DNA from: an uncultured Spirochaetota bacterium
Lineage (GTDB): Bacteria > Spirochaetota > Spirochaetia > SZUA-6 > CAVTHK01
Assembly (NCBI GenBank): GCA_963734495.1
Contig: CAVTHK010000001.1
Coordinates: 704,001-768,000, forward strand
Length of the DNA stretch: 64,000 nucleotides
Direction of reading: 5' to 3'
The translations under genes and the position numbers were made by a program. Below, one piece after another: positions 20,285 to 30,548 of the stretch (position 1 is its first letter; each line of letters begins with the position of its first letter). Below the pieces are notes generated by a model, which worked only from the letters and a program-made list of their open reading frames with translations, was not told where the DNA came from and made no database searches.

Positions 20285-21895
20285 ATGCTGAAGAAGACGC
20301 TGTGCTACGCGCTCGTGGTCCTGCTCGCTGCAGCGGCCGCGTTCGCGAGCGGGAGCGCCGACACCGGCAAGAGCGCCTCGGCGCTCACCACCGAGGGGGC
20401 GCCGATCCGCGAGTACCCGATCAAGACCGAAAAGCCGGTCACGCTGAGCTTCTGGATGCCGATCCAGGCGTCGGCGGCCAAGTTCATCTCGTCGTTCAAG
20501 GACAACCCGGCGCTGGTCCAGATGGAAAAGGACACCGGGGTCACGATCAAGTGGCTCCATCCCGCGGTCGGCCAGGAGCAGGAGCAGTTCAACCTGCTGA
20601 TGGCCTCGGGCGACCTGCCCGACCTGCTCGGCGCGGCCACCATGTACAAGGGAGGCGAGTTCAAGGGCATGCTCGACGGCGCGTTCCAGGACCTGACCCC
20701 TATGCTCGCCAAGTACGCCCCCGACTACGTCGAGCTCATCAAGAAGGACACTGAGTTCTTTCGCGAGGTGAGCGATCCCGACGGCCGGGTCTGCGCGTTC
20801 TATGCCTACAAGCCGCAGGGGGACCCCCCGTACCGCCGCTTTATCCTGCGCGAGGACGTGCTCGCCGACCTCAAGCTGGAGATCCCCAGGACGATCGCCG
20901 AGTGGGAAAAGGTCTTCGAGGCGATGAAGAACGCCGGGATGGCTCCCTATGCTCTCATCTCCAACGGATACGAGGAGCAGTTCATCGGGCCGTTCGGGAT
21001 CTACGCGGCGCCGACGACGTTCTACAAGGACGCCGCGGGCAAGGTCCATTTCGGGCAGGTCGACCCCGAGTTCAAGCAGTACCTGCAGCTCATGAGCGAC
21101 TGGTACAAGAAAGGCTACATATCCAAGGACTTTACCAGCCTCAACGGCACGCAGATCCGAACGCTCTTCGACACCAAGAAGATCGGCACGATGGTCGACG
21201 CGATCGTCGCGAACTTCAACCGTGGACTCACCCTCAAGATCCCGGTCACGTCGGCACCCTACCCGCGCCTCAAGCTCGGGGACAAGCTGCACTACGAGTT
21301 CACGGACATCTGGCCCCGCATGCCCCAGAGGGAGACGGTGGCAGTCGTGACCAAGGCGTGCAAGACGCCGGACATCGCGGTGCGTTTCCTCAACTACGGC
21401 TACACGCAAAAGGGCTTTGACCTCCTCAACTGGGGCGTCGAAGGCGTCAACTGGACGATGCAGAACGGCAAGCATGTCTACAACGACCTCATGCTGAACA
21501 ACCCGAAGTTCGGCACCGAGGAGGCGAGCTACATCTACAAGACCCACTTCTTCCCCAAGTTGACCGGCCTCGACACGGTGGTCCACGCGAACCTGCTCAA
21601 GAGCCCGGCCTCGCTGGCGTCGCGGCAAAAGTGGGCGACGGATCCCGACATGGACTCGCTCCACAAACTGCCGCCCTACCAGCTGCCCGCCGACGACCTC
21701 TCGCGCTTCACCAGGGTGATGTCGGAGGTCGACACCTACGCCAACGAGATGGTCCTCAAGTTCATCGTGGGCAACGAGCCGCTGGCGAACTTTGACAAGT
21801 TCGTGGCGACGATCAAGTCGATGGGCATCGACGACGCAATCAAGATGCAGCAGGCCGCGTACGACAAGTACATGGCCAAGAAGTCCAAGTTCTAG
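20285..21895 (+). CDS. Extracellular solute-binding protein (LplA-like)
   Basis: GAGGAG RBS; signal peptide; EQFNLLMASGDLPD; WYKKGYI; LKFIVGNEPLANFDKFV. Confidence 0.92.
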   Translation: MLKKTLCYALVVLLAAAAAFASGSADTGKSASALTTEGAPIREYPIKTEKPVTLSFWMPIQASAAKFISSFKDNPALVQMEKDTGVTIKWLHPAVGQEQEQFNLLMASGDLPDLLGAATMYKGGEFKGMLDGAFQDLTPMLAKYAPDYVELIKKDTEFFREVSDPDGRVCAFYAYKPQGDPPYRRFILREDVLADLKLEIPRTIAEWEKVFEAMKNAGMAPYALISNGYEEQFIGPFGIYAAPTTFYKDAAGKVHFGQVDPEFKQYLQLMSDWYKKGYISKDFTSLNGTQIRTLFDTKKIGTMVDAIVANFNRGLTLKIPVTSAPYPRLKLGDKLHYEFTDIWPRMPQRETVAVVTKACKTPDIAVRFLNYGYTQKGFDLLNWGVEGVNWTMQNGKHVYNDLMLNNPKFGTEEASYIYKTHFFPKLTGLDTVVHANLLKSPASLASRQKWATDPDMDSLHKLPPYQLPADDLSRFTRVMSEVDTYANEMVLKFIVGNEPLANFDKFVATIKSMGIDDAIKMQQAAYDKYMAKKSKF

Positions 21896-21919
21896 ATAGT
21901 AGATAGAAGAAGAAGGCCC

Positions 21920-21958
21920 GGGCCCGCGACGCTTCCCGGGGCGCCGCGGGCCCTTTCT
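21920..21958 (+). terminator. GC-rich hairpin after solute-binding gene
   Basis: GGGCCCGCG...CGCGGGCCC followed by TTTCT. Confidence 0.5.
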
Positions 21959-21980
21959 CCGCGGGGCATCGCCCCGGAGC

Positions 21981-23432
21981 ATGCGCGTGGAAAGACCCCC
22001 GATCGTACTGATCACCCTCGACGAGCTGCTGCGCGAGTCTCTGGGCTGCTACGGCGGCCTGGCCGCCCAGACCCCGAACATCGACCGGCTGGCCGGCGAG
22101 AGCATCCGCTTTACGCGCGCCCACACGGTGAGCCCGTGGTGCCTGCCCGCCCGCTGCTCGATCCTCACCGGGCTTCTGCCCCACAACAGCGGCGCCTACA
22201 GCAACTTTCGCAAGTGCGCGCTCGACGCGGGCGTGCCCAATCTTTACAAGGAGCTGCGCAGCCTCGGCTACAGCACGGCGCACGTCGGCAAGTGCCACTA
22301 CGCGCCCGTGCCTTACGACGAGCCGCGGCCCGACGTCACGCTGCCCTACGACGAGTTCCGCGACTACTACGTGCGCCTCGGTCTCGACCACCTCGACCTG
22401 CAGGACGACAAGCAGGTCTCGGTGTGGTTCTACGACGACTACTCCAAGGAGCTCGACGCCGCCGGTCACCTCAAGGCCTACCGCGATGCGACATGGGCGC
22501 GCGTGGAAAACGGCAGGGTTTTCCCGTTCCCCGCGCCCGCGGAGTGGCATCCGGACAGCTGGGTGGGGCGCAAGGCCGTGGAGTACATCCAGGGCTACCG
22601 GGGCGAGCGGTCGCCCTTCCTCTGGGTGTCGTTCAGCGGCCCGCACTACCCCATCGACCCGCCCGCCGAGTACCTCGACCGCGTGGACATGGGCCGCGAC
22701 GCGGCGCGGGCGCTCCGTGCGGGCGAGCTCGATGACACCACGCGCATCCACCACAAGAGCTGGCGCGGGCCCGGCGGTATCGACGGCTGCGCCGGCGCCG
22801 AGGGCGGCGCGTGCGCCCGATACGACGAGGCGTACTGGAAGCGCCACCGCCATCACTACTTTGCCAACGTCACGCAGGTCGACGAGTGGGTCGGCCGCAT
22901 CCTCGAAACCGTCGAGCGACGGTGGGGCGACGCGCTCGTGATCCTGCTCGCCGATCACGGCGAGATGCTCGGCAACCACGGCCTGTGGGGCAAGCACAAC
23001 TGCGCCTACGAAGAAGTGTGGGGCATCCCCCTGCTCGTGCGCTATCCCGGCGAAAAGCGCGGGAGCACCTGTGACTTGCTCGTGACCAACGCTGACATCA
23101 TGGCGACCTGCCAGCGCGCCGCGGGCAGGCCCGAGCCCGCCTGGGGCGACGGCCTGGACTACCGCGCGCTCGCAGAGCGCGGCGGCTACAGGCACGTGTT
23201 CGCCGAAGGCGAGGGCTATCTCGCGGTCACCGACGGCACAATCAAGCTGGTGCGCATCCAGCAGCCACAGCGGCGCGGCGGTGCGGAGCTCAGTGTGTTC
23301 GACGAGCTCTATGACCGAGACGAGGACCCGCACGAGCACGAGAACCGGATCCACGATCCGCGCTACGCCTCCCGCGTGGCCGAGTTGCGCGGTGCCACGC
23401 AGGCGATGCTGATGCGCAAGGCCCTGCCGTGA
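21981..23432 (+). CDS. Sulfatase (Cys-type)
   Basis: TPNIDRLA, CLPAR motif, VGKCH, GPHYP, ADHGEMLG. Confidence 0.92.
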   Translation: MRVERPPIVLITLDELLRESLGCYGGLAAQTPNIDRLAGESIRFTRAHTVSPWCLPARCSILTGLLPHNSGAYSNFRKCALDAGVPNLYKELRSLGYSTAHVGKCHYAPVPYDEPRPDVTLPYDEFRDYYVRLGLDHLDLQDDKQVSVWFYDDYSKELDAAGHLKAYRDATWARVENGRVFPFPAPAEWHPDSWVGRKAVEYIQGYRGERSPFLWVSFSGPHYPIDPPAEYLDRVDMGRDAARALRAGELDDTTRIHHKSWRGPGGIDGCAGAEGGACARYDEAYWKRHRHHYFANVTQVDEWVGRILETVERRWGDALVILLADHGEMLGNHGLWGKHNCAYEEVWGIPLLVRYPGEKRGSTCDLLVTNADIMATCQRAAGRPEPAWGDGLDYRALAERGGYRHVFAEGEGYLAVTDGTIKLVRIQQPQRRGGAELSVFDELYDRDEDPHEHENRIHDPRYASRVAELRGATQAMLMRKALP

Positions 23433-24946
23433 CCGCGGCTGGCCGGAGCGACGGGCCGAACATTCTTCTCATCACAACCGACTCGCAACGTTGCGACACG
23501 CTGCGCTGCATGGGCTCCTCGTTTGCCCGCTCCCCCGCGCTCGACCGCCTGGCGTCGGAGGGCGTTCTGTTCGAGCAGGCGCACGCGTCGTCGCCGGTCT
23601 GCGCGCCCTCCCGTTGCAGCCTGCTCACCGGCGTGCACACTCCGATCCACGGCTGCATCGAAAACGGCATCGACCGACGCGCCGGCGTCCCGGTGTTCCC
23701 GGATGCGCTGCAGGCCGCCGGCTACTACAACATCATGGTGGGCAAGACCCACTATGGGCCCGTGCCGCAGTCGTTCGCCGTAGCGCACCTGCTCAAGGGC
23801 GAAAAGGGCGCCGATGTCGACGACTTTTACGCCGAGCACATCCGCGGCCGCGGCTACGGACGGGCGAGCGGCCACCCCAATCCGGTCCCGCCCGCGTTGT
23901 TCATGGACGCTCACCTCGCCGACGTGACGATCCGGGAGATCGAGAGGGCAGTCGCTGAGAGGCATGGTCCGTTCTTCGCATGGTGCTCTCTGCCGAGCCC
24001 GCACTCGCCCGTCGACCCGCCCGGCGAGTGGGTGCACGCCTACGACGGCGTCAGCCTGCCGCCCTTCAACCATGAGGCGGGCGAAATCAGCCGCCAGCCT
24101 GTGCACCTGCGCCGCCTCGTCGGCACTCTCGATCCTGCGGCCACTGCCGCGGAGCCCCGCCAGGGCGGGGAGCACGGCGAGCTCGCGCAGGTGGCCGAAG
24201 CCGTGGGCAACACGCTCGACCGCGCCGACCCTGCGGTGCTCGACCTGTATCGCCGCCTCTACTACGGCCTCGCTGCCTACTGCGATGCCCAGGTCGGGCG
24301 CCTGCTTGGCTTTCTCGACTCCGCTGGCTTGCGCGAGAGCACGCTCGTGATCTTTACGTCCGACCACGGGCTGCAGCTCTTTGATCACGGCTTCAACGAC
24401 AAGCACTGCTGGTACGACGAGTCGTGGCGCGTGCCACTGCTGCTCTCGCAGCCGGGCACTCTGCCGTGCGGCGCGCGCGCCGGTTTTGCGGTCGGAAACG
24501 ACATCACCGCGACCATCCTGGCCGCCGCGGGCGCCGAGATGCCGGGCGTGCAGGGCTTCGACCTCCGGGGTCCGCTCTCGCGCGGAGAGCCCTTGCCTCG
24601 GGGCTGCGCGGTCGGGACGCTCTACCGCTCAGCAGCGCTGGTCACGAAGCGCTACAAGCTGGAGTACTACTACGACGAAGGCGAAGGCCGCCTCTACGAC
24701 CGCGCCGCCGATCCTTCCGAGCAGCACGACCTGTTCGTCGAGCCGGCGCATCGCCGCTCGCGCGACGGCCTGCTCGCAGCCCTGCTGGCCTGGCGGGGTG
24801 ACATCGCCGACGTGGACCACCTTTCGCGCGCCACGCGCGGTGGTGGGCCGGTCGCCAACCGGATCGCCGGCTACACGCGCGCCATGCGCGGGGCCGACTC
24901 CGAGCTGCGCCTCAACGAGCGGGTCGCACGGGTCACGGACCGATGA
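23429..24946 (+). CDS. Sulfatase (Cys-type)
   Basis: PNILLITTDSQR, CAPSR motif, VGKTH, SPHSP, SDHG; GTGA overlap. Confidence 0.92.
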   Translation: MTAAGRSDGPNILLITTDSQRCDTLRCMGSSFARSPALDRLASEGVLFEQAHASSPVCAPSRCSLLTGVHTPIHGCIENGIDRRAGVPVFPDALQAAGYYNIMVGKTHYGPVPQSFAVAHLLKGEKGADVDDFYAEHIRGRGYGRASGHPNPVPPALFMDAHLADVTIREIERAVAERHGPFFAWCSLPSPHSPVDPPGEWVHAYDGVSLPPFNHEAGEISRQPVHLRRLVGTLDPAATAAEPRQGGEHGELAQVAEAVGNTLDRADPAVLDLYRRLYYGLAAYCDAQVGRLLGFLDSAGLRESTLVIFTSDHGLQLFDHGFNDKHCWYDESWRVPLLLSQPGTLPCGARAGFAVGNDITATILAAAGAEMPGVQGFDLRGPLSRGEPLPRGCAVGTLYRSAALVTKRYKLEYYYDEGEGRLYDRAADPSEQHDLFVEPAHRRSRDGLLAALLAWRGDIADVDHLSRATRGGGPVANRIAGYTRAMRGADSELRLNERVARVTDR

Positions 24947-25025
24947 CCACCCGCTCAGCGCCGCACCCGGGGCCCGGGGTCCAGGCCTCGTCCGGCATCA
25001 ATTCCCAGAGTCGGCGTTCTGCGGC

Positions 25026-25089
25026 CTGTCAGGCGTGTAGCACAAATGCAGCAAAGTGTGCGCTTCAGACCGCCACACAACGCCACGGT
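25026..25089 (+). repeat. Dispersed ~64-bp repeat, copy 1
   Basis: CTGTCAGGCGTGTAGCACAAATGCAGCAAAGTGTGCGCTTCAGACCGCCACACAACGCCACGGT. Confidence 0.85.
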
Positions 25090-25271
25090 GTGCGTAGGGA
25101 TCGTTGAGCCGAACGCTACACAGCTACACATAGGCACGCACGGCCACAGACCGGCGTGCAATGCGGAAGTCGCCGGAGGCACCGACGAGCTCGCAACTAT
25201 GGTGATGGACCTGACGGCCTGCGGCTGCCGAGCAACGAGAGACTCGCCTCGTGCCGCCCCCCTGCCGCGCG

Positions 25272-26660
25272 CTACAGCCGCGCGTGGGCCTTGAGGATGC
25301 TCGCCAGCCTTTCGCGCACTGCGCAGTTGCGGAAGGCGAACGAGGAGGCGAGGTCGTCGACCTTCGCCTCGCTCGCGCCCTCGAACAGCTTGCCGAACTC
25401 CGGCACCAGCGGCTCGGCGAAGAGGATCTCTCTCACGAGACGGCAGATCTGCCAGGACGCGCCCGACGGGAACGGGTTGTAGCCCGGGAACTCCCTCTCC
25501 ATCAGCGCTTCGATCGGCCCGATGACCTCCCGGATGTGCTCGTCCGTCGCACCCCAGCGGTCCACCCCGAGCCTGGCCTTCTTCTCAGTGATCGGGCGCA
25601 GGAAAGTGTTCCATGGGCTGTCCGCCTTCGTGCAGGCCAGCCCTTGGCCTCCGATGTCCTTGTAAGTCCAGATCGCCCAGCTCGCTTTGTGCTCGTCGTA
25701 GATCTCGAGCTGGTCCTCCAGCACCCGGTAGCGCATCGCATCCTTCTCCGGGTCGCCGGTGTACACGGGTCCGAACTCGCCGACCCAGATCGGAAGGTCT
25801 CGCGACAGCATGAACTCGCTCCGCTGCAGGAACGTGTCGCGCAGCGCCTTCCGGTCCACGTAGCGGCCGCGCGAGACCCCCGGGTATGGGCCGCCGTCGA
25901 CAAAGCCCGGAAGGGCGTAGTCGTGGTTGGTGTACACGACGTTGGGGATCACGTGCTTGAACATGAAGAAGTCGCGCGAGTAGCAGTTGCCCTCGAGGAA
26001 GATGATGTGGTCGGAGTCGACCGCCCGGATCTCCGCGGTGATCTCGTCGTAGTAGTCGGCCACGTACGACTCGCCCGGATCGGCCGGTTCGTTCATGGGG
26101 TTGTAGCCGGCGACCCACGGGTTGCCCTTGTAGCGCGCCGCCATCGCGCGCCAGATGGCGTTGACGCGCTCCTGGAAGTGACGGTGCTCCCAGAACAGTG
26201 CCTTGTGCGTGGCATTGTCCGAGTGCCACGCCTGGTTCTGACCGCCGGGCAGCGAATGCAGGTCGAGGATCGTGTAGATGCCGCGCTCCGCGCACAACGA
26301 CACGGCGCGGTCGATGTGGCGGAAGCCTTCATCCTTGATGACGAAGGGCTGCATGTCGTCCTCGAGGTGGCGGTAGTTGATTGGGATCCGCACCAGGTTC
26401 ATCCCGAGGGACTTGATGAAATCGACGTCCGCCTCCGAGAAGAAATCGGCGAGCAGCCGGTCGAAGAATCGTCGGCACTTTTCCGGTCCGACTGCCTTGA
26501 GGATCGCGGCGCGGTGAGCATGCTCCGAGGACGGGTAGCCCGTGATGAAGTTCTCCATGTTCAGCCAGCCGCCGAGGCAGACGCCGCGCAGCAGGACGGG
26601 CTCGCCCGACCCGTTGACCATGTTCCTGCCCGCGACCTTGAGAAACGGGGTCTTGTCCAT
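25272..26660 (-). CDS. Glycoside hydrolase family 5 protein
   Basis: LRGVCLGGWLNMENFI, VRIPINY, LDLH, MNEP (acid/base), HDY, WVGEFG (nucleophile), WAIWTYK. Confidence 0.9.
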   Translation of the reverse strand: MDKTPFLKVAGRNMVNGSGEPVLLRGVCLGGWLNMENFITGYPSSEHAHRAAILKAVGPEKCRRFFDRLLADFFSEADVDFIKSLGMNLVRIPINYRHLEDDMQPFVIKDEGFRHIDRAVSLCAERGIYTILDLHSLPGGQNQAWHSDNATHKALFWEHRHFQERVNAIWRAMAARYKGNPWVAGYNPMNEPADPGESYVADYYDEITAEIRAVDSDHIIFLEGNCYSRDFFMFKHVIPNVVYTNHDYALPGFVDGGPYPGVSRGRYVDRKALRDTFLQRSEFMLSRDLPIWVGEFGPVYTGDPEKDAMRYRVLEDQLEIYDEHKASWAIWTYKDIGGQGLACTKADSPWNTFLRPITEKKARLGVDRWGATDEHIREVIGPIEALMEREFPGYNPFPSGASWQICRLVREILFAEPLVPEFGKLFEGASEAKVDDLASSFAFRNCAVRERLASILKAHARL

Positions 26661-26740
26661 GCGCTCTTCGTACCACGTCTCCCGCGGCGGCGCAATCGGT
26701 CGGCACCGACCGCGAGCGCGCGCAGCCCTCGCTGCGGCTG

Positions 26741-27808
26741 TCAGGAGCGGGGGTTGATGAGGATCTTGAGGTGCTCGCGGTTGCGCTTCAGGAGCGAGTC
26801 CAGTCCCCCGGTGACGGCTTCGTCGAGCGGGATGCGGGCGGTGATCAGGCTTTCGGGCTGGAGCTTCCCCTCCCCGATCCACTCGACGGCCTGCTTGAAG
26901 TCTTCGTCGAAGACGTGGGAGAACGAGCCCACGATTTCGGTTTCGTCACAGACCACGGGAAACAGGTTGATCCCCACAGGCTCGTTGTGGAGCCCTGTGA
27001 TGACTACCAGCCCCTTCTTGCGCGCCAGCCGCGGCGCGAGCGCCAGCGTCGTCTGGTTGCCTCCGCACTCGATGACCCGGTCGACGCCGCGGCCGCCGGT
27101 GAGCTCGAAGACCGCGTCGCGGGGATCGACCTCGTCGGGATCGAGCGCCCGCTCCGCCCCGAAGCGCAGGGCAAGCTTCCGACGCGCCTCGAGGGGCTCC
27201 ACGATGAAGATACGCGAGGCGCCGGCCAGCCTGACCACCTGCAGCGTCAGAAGCCCGATTGTCCCGGCGCCGACGATGGCCACCGTGTCTCCGATCCGCA
27301 TTCGGGACCGTCGCACCGCGTGGACGCAGACCGAAGCAGGCTCCGAGAGCGCCCCTACCTCCGTGGGCACGTGCGCGGGGAGTTTGAAGCAGACCTTGGC
27401 CAGTGTGTTGACGTACTCCGCCAACCCGCCGTGGGTGGTGAGCCCCAGGTGAGCCATGCTCTCGCACAGGTGGACATCGTGGCGCTCGCAGTGGCGGCAG
27501 TGGCCGCAGAAGATGATGGGGTCGGGAGCGACGCGGTCGCCGGCCCGGAGACTCGTCACGCCCCTGCCCACCTGCGACACGGTCCCGACGATCTCGTGTC
27601 CGAGGACCATCGGCGCGACCGCGCCGGTGAGCGGATTCGGCCTGTCCACCGGAATGTAGAGCGGCCCGTGAACGTACTCCTCCACGTCGGTTCCGCAGAT
27701 GCCGCACCACTCCACGCGAATCTGGACCTCGCCTTCGCCGGGAGGCGGGGGGTCGGGCACCTCCTCAACTCGCACGTCGTTCCGTTTGTGCCAGACACAA
27801 GCCTTCAC
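26741..27808 (-). CDS. Zn-dependent alcohol dehydrogenase (2,3-butanediol/sorbitol DH-like)
   Basis: CGICGTD, GHE, CGHCRHC...C, GAGTIG. Confidence 0.92.
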   Translation of the reverse strand: MKACVWHKRNDVRVEEVPDPPPPGEGEVQIRVEWCGICGTDVEEYVHGPLYIPVDRPNPLTGAVAPMVLGHEIVGTVSQVGRGVTSLRAGDRVAPDPIIFCGHCRHCERHDVHLCESMAHLGLTTHGGLAEYVNTLAKVCFKLPAHVPTEVGALSEPASVCVHAVRRSRMRIGDTVAIVGAGTIGLLTLQVVRLAGASRIFIVEPLEARRKLALRFGAERALDPDEVDPRDAVFELTGGRGVDRVIECGGNQTTLALAPRLARKKGLVVITGLHNEPVGINLFPVVCDETEIVGSFSHVFDEDFKQAVEWIGEGKLQPESLITARIPLDEAVTGGLDSLLKRNREHLKILINPRS

Positions 27809-27817
27809 GCTTTCCTC

Positions 27818-28699
27818 CTATCCACGGTAGACGCCGGCGGGTACTCCCGCGACATCCATGCGCGCCAGGAAGAGACTCCCCGCGTCCGGGTGCTCGCTCC
27901 AGTCAGCGTCGCGGTAGCCGCATGAGGCGGTGGTGATGTAGAGGTCCCGCAGATCGGCGCCTCCAAAGGCGCATGAGGTCACAAGATTCGCGCGCGGCAC
28001 GAGCACGGTGCCCAGCAGCTTCCCGCTCCTGGGATCGTAGCGGTTGATCTTCCCCCCGCCATAGAGGGCCACCCAGAGCATGCCCTCGCAGTCCATCGTC
28101 ATCCCGTCGGGAAAGCCGACGGGCTTCGGGATCTCCACCGCCGGACGCCGGCGGCTGATGGCGCCCGAGTCGACGTCGTAATCGAAGGCGTCCACCCGCT
28201 GCGTGACGCTGTCGATGTAGTACATGGTCCGGGCATCCGAGGACCACACGATCCCGTTGGAGCACGAGACGTGCTCGAGCACGCGGGTGACCTTGGCGTT
28301 TCGATCGAGGAAGTACAGCGCCCCTTTGCCGGCGGCCAGGTCGAAGTCCATCGTGCCCGCCCAGAACCGTCCCGCCGGGTCGCACTTGCCGTCGTTGAAC
28401 CGATTGGACGTCACCTCGGCCTCGACCTGCGCGACTACATTCGCCTTGCCGCTTTCCAGGTTCAGCTCGGCGAACCCGCTCTCCACGGTGATCATGACGC
28501 CGCCGCCGGAGCGAGGCACGATCGTGCTCGGGTAATGGTCGAGCGGGATTTCCCGGTTCGACGCCGTCGCCGGGTCAAAGACCATGACCCGCCTGTCGAG
28601 GATGTCGACCCAATAGAGCCGGTCGGCCTCACGGGCCCACAGGGCCCCCTCGCCGAGGTTGGACCGTCGCGCGAACAACCGCTCTGCTCGTTTCTCCAC
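27818..28699 (-). CDS. SMP-30/gluconolactonase family protein
   Basis: LGEGALW, RFNDGKCDPAGRFWAGTM, SNGIVWS, PDGMTMD, TSCAFGG. Confidence 0.93.
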   Translation of the reverse strand: MEKRAERLFARRSNLGEGALWAREADRLYWVDILDRRVMVFDPATASNREIPLDHYPSTIVPRSGGGVMITVESGFAELNLESGKANVVAQVEAEVTSNRFNDGKCDPAGRFWAGTMDFDLAAGKGALYFLDRNAKVTRVLEHVSCSNGIVWSSDARTMYYIDSVTQRVDAFDYDVDSGAISRRRPAVEIPKPVGFPDGMTMDCEGMLWVALYGGGKINRYDPRSGKLLGTVLVPRANLVTSCAFGGADLRDLYITTASCGYRDADWSEHPDAGSLFLARMDVAGVPAGVYRG

Positions 28700-28785
28700 G
28701 GCTTCCTCCTTGGCCTTCGCCAGCCCCGCGCTCCGCAGGCCTCCCCGTACCTCTAGGTTGATCGCTTCGCCGCCGCTGCCTTATA

Positions 28786-29568
28786 GTGACGCCCATGGAA
28801 TACGAGACGACGAGCATGTTCGGGATCGCAGGCGAGGTGGCGATCCTCACGGGCGCCGGCGGAGGCATCGGACGGGAGGTGGCGCGCGGTATGGGCCGTC
28901 TCGGCGCCCGGTTGGTGCTCGCCGATCTCGACGAGGCCACGATCGCGCGGGCGGCGGGCGAGCTCGGGGCACAGGGCGTCGACGTGCTGGCGGTGCCGAC
29001 AGACGTCACCAGCGAGCCGAGCGTCGAGGCCATGGCCGCACGCACGGTCGAACGGTACGGCCGCATCGACATCCTGGTCAACTGCGCCGGCCTGCTCCAG
29101 AACCAGACGGCGCTCGACTTCGACATGAACACATGGCAGCGTGTGATGGACGTCAACGTGAAAGGCACCTTCCTCGCGTGCCGGGCGGCCGGCCGGCATA
29201 TGCTGGCGAGGAAGAAGGGGCGCATCGTCAACTTCTCCTCGATCCGGGGAGTGCAGGGCAAGGAGAAGTACCACGCGTACGGTCCCAGCAAGGGGGCGAT
29301 CGACATGTTGACCCGCACGCTGGCGGTCGAGTGGGCAAAGGATGGCATCAATGTCAACGCCGTAGCGCCGACCTTCACACTGACTGACATGAACCGCGCG
29401 TTGCTCGCGGACAAGCGCATGCTCGATTGGGTCCTCAGCCGCATCCCGCAGGGCCGTCTCGGCGAGCCGCAGTGGTTCGTGGGTCCCGTCGTCTTTCTGT
29501 GCTCGCCGTCCGCCGAGTTCATCACCGGGGCGATCCTCTACGTGGACGGAGGCTGGACTGCCGCGTAA
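28786..29568 (+). CDS. SDR oxidoreductase (gluconate 5-DH-like)
   Basis: TGAGGGIG, VNCAG, YGPSK, VDGG; true start may be 28795 or 28816. Confidence 0.9.
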   Translation: MTPMEYETTSMFGIAGEVAILTGAGGGIGREVARGMGRLGARLVLADLDEATIARAAGELGAQGVDVLAVPTDVTSEPSVEAMAARTVERYGRIDILVNCAGLLQNQTALDFDMNTWQRVMDVNVKGTFLACRAAGRHMLARKKGRIVNFSSIRGVQGKEKYHAYGPSKGAIDMLTRTLAVEWAKDGINVNAVAPTFTLTDMNRALLADKRMLDWVLSRIPQGRLGEPQWFVGPVVFLCSPSAEFITGAILYVDGGWTAA

Positions 29569-29598
29569 GCAGCCGCATCCGGGCTCGGCGCCGCTCGC

Positions 29599-30297
29599 CT
29601 ACCAGGCCATTCGCTGCCCGGTGTTGTCGACGAAGATCGGGCCGGCAATGTCCCAGGAGCGCTGCGTGAGCGCGAAGAGTTTCTCGGCCACCTCGGAAGG
29701 CTCCGTCACTGCGTTCGGCCCGCCCATGTCGGTCTTCATCCACCCCGGATGGACCGCCAGCACCTTGATCCCTTCGGGCATCAGATAGTTCTGCAGGATC
29801 TTGCTCTGCATGTTCACCGCGACCTTCGACATGCAGTAGCCGACACGGTGCTTGTACTTGCATTCCTCCAGGCGCGCCGCCTCGGAGGAGATGTTCAGCA
29901 GCAGTTTCCGGGAGCCCTTGCGCAACAACGGCAGAAACTTGATCGACACGCGCAGTGTGCCGAAGGCGTTGACGTTCATCATCGGGGCCAGGTTCTCGAA
30001 AATGGTTTCCTCGAGAGGAGGCTCCGGCCGCGACTCGAGCAGGACCCCCGCGTTGTTGATGAGGATGTCGAGGCCTTCTGTCTGCGACGCGATCGCTCGC
30101 TCGGCCTTTTCCACGGAGGTCATGTCGGCGATGTCCAGAGGCACGACAGCCACGTTGGATCCTCCGACCTGCCGCGCGATCGCGGACCGTCGATCGTATT
30201 GGCCGGCGAAGACCCTGCAGCCCGCAGCCGCGAATCGCCGCACGAGCTCGAGCCCCAGGCCCTTGTCGGCTCCCGTCACGAACACCGATTGCGCCAC
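29599..30297 (-). CDS. SDR oxidoreductase (C-factor/CsgA-like)
   Basis: TGADKGLG, INNAG, YCMSK, HPGWMKTDMGG. Confidence 0.9.
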   Translation of the reverse strand: MAQSVFVTGADKGLGLELVRRFAAAGCRVFAGQYDRRSAIARQVGGSNVAVVPLDIADMTSVEKAERAIASQTEGLDILINNAGVLLESRPEPPLEETIFENLAPMMNVNAFGTLRVSIKFLPLLRKGSRKLLLNISSEAARLEECKYKHRVGYCMSKVAVNMQSKILQNYLMPEGIKVLAVHPGWMKTDMGGPNAVTEPSEVAEKLFALTQRSWDIAGPIFVDNTGQRMAW

Positions 30298-30548
30298 GGC
30301 TTCCCCGCCCCTTCACGCCGCCCGTCGGACGCATGCCGGGGCGCGGGGCCACGAGCGAACCTCGCACCCGACGGCGTGACGGCAAGGTAGCGCGCCGGCA
30401 GCGGGCGGTCAAGGTGACGCACCGGGACTCCGGGCCGCGGGATTCTGGTCGAACTGGATCTCGGCTGAGGCAATGCGATCTCTTGACAGCAGGAATAGCG
30501 CGAAGTAGCCTAGTTTCTAGTGTTTCCAGTCTTTTCAGGGAGGTAACT

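Noticed and set aside
21893-21914. TAGATAGTAGATAGAAGAAGAA low-complexity run
   Set aside because: Short run of stop codons before a hairpin; no further structure
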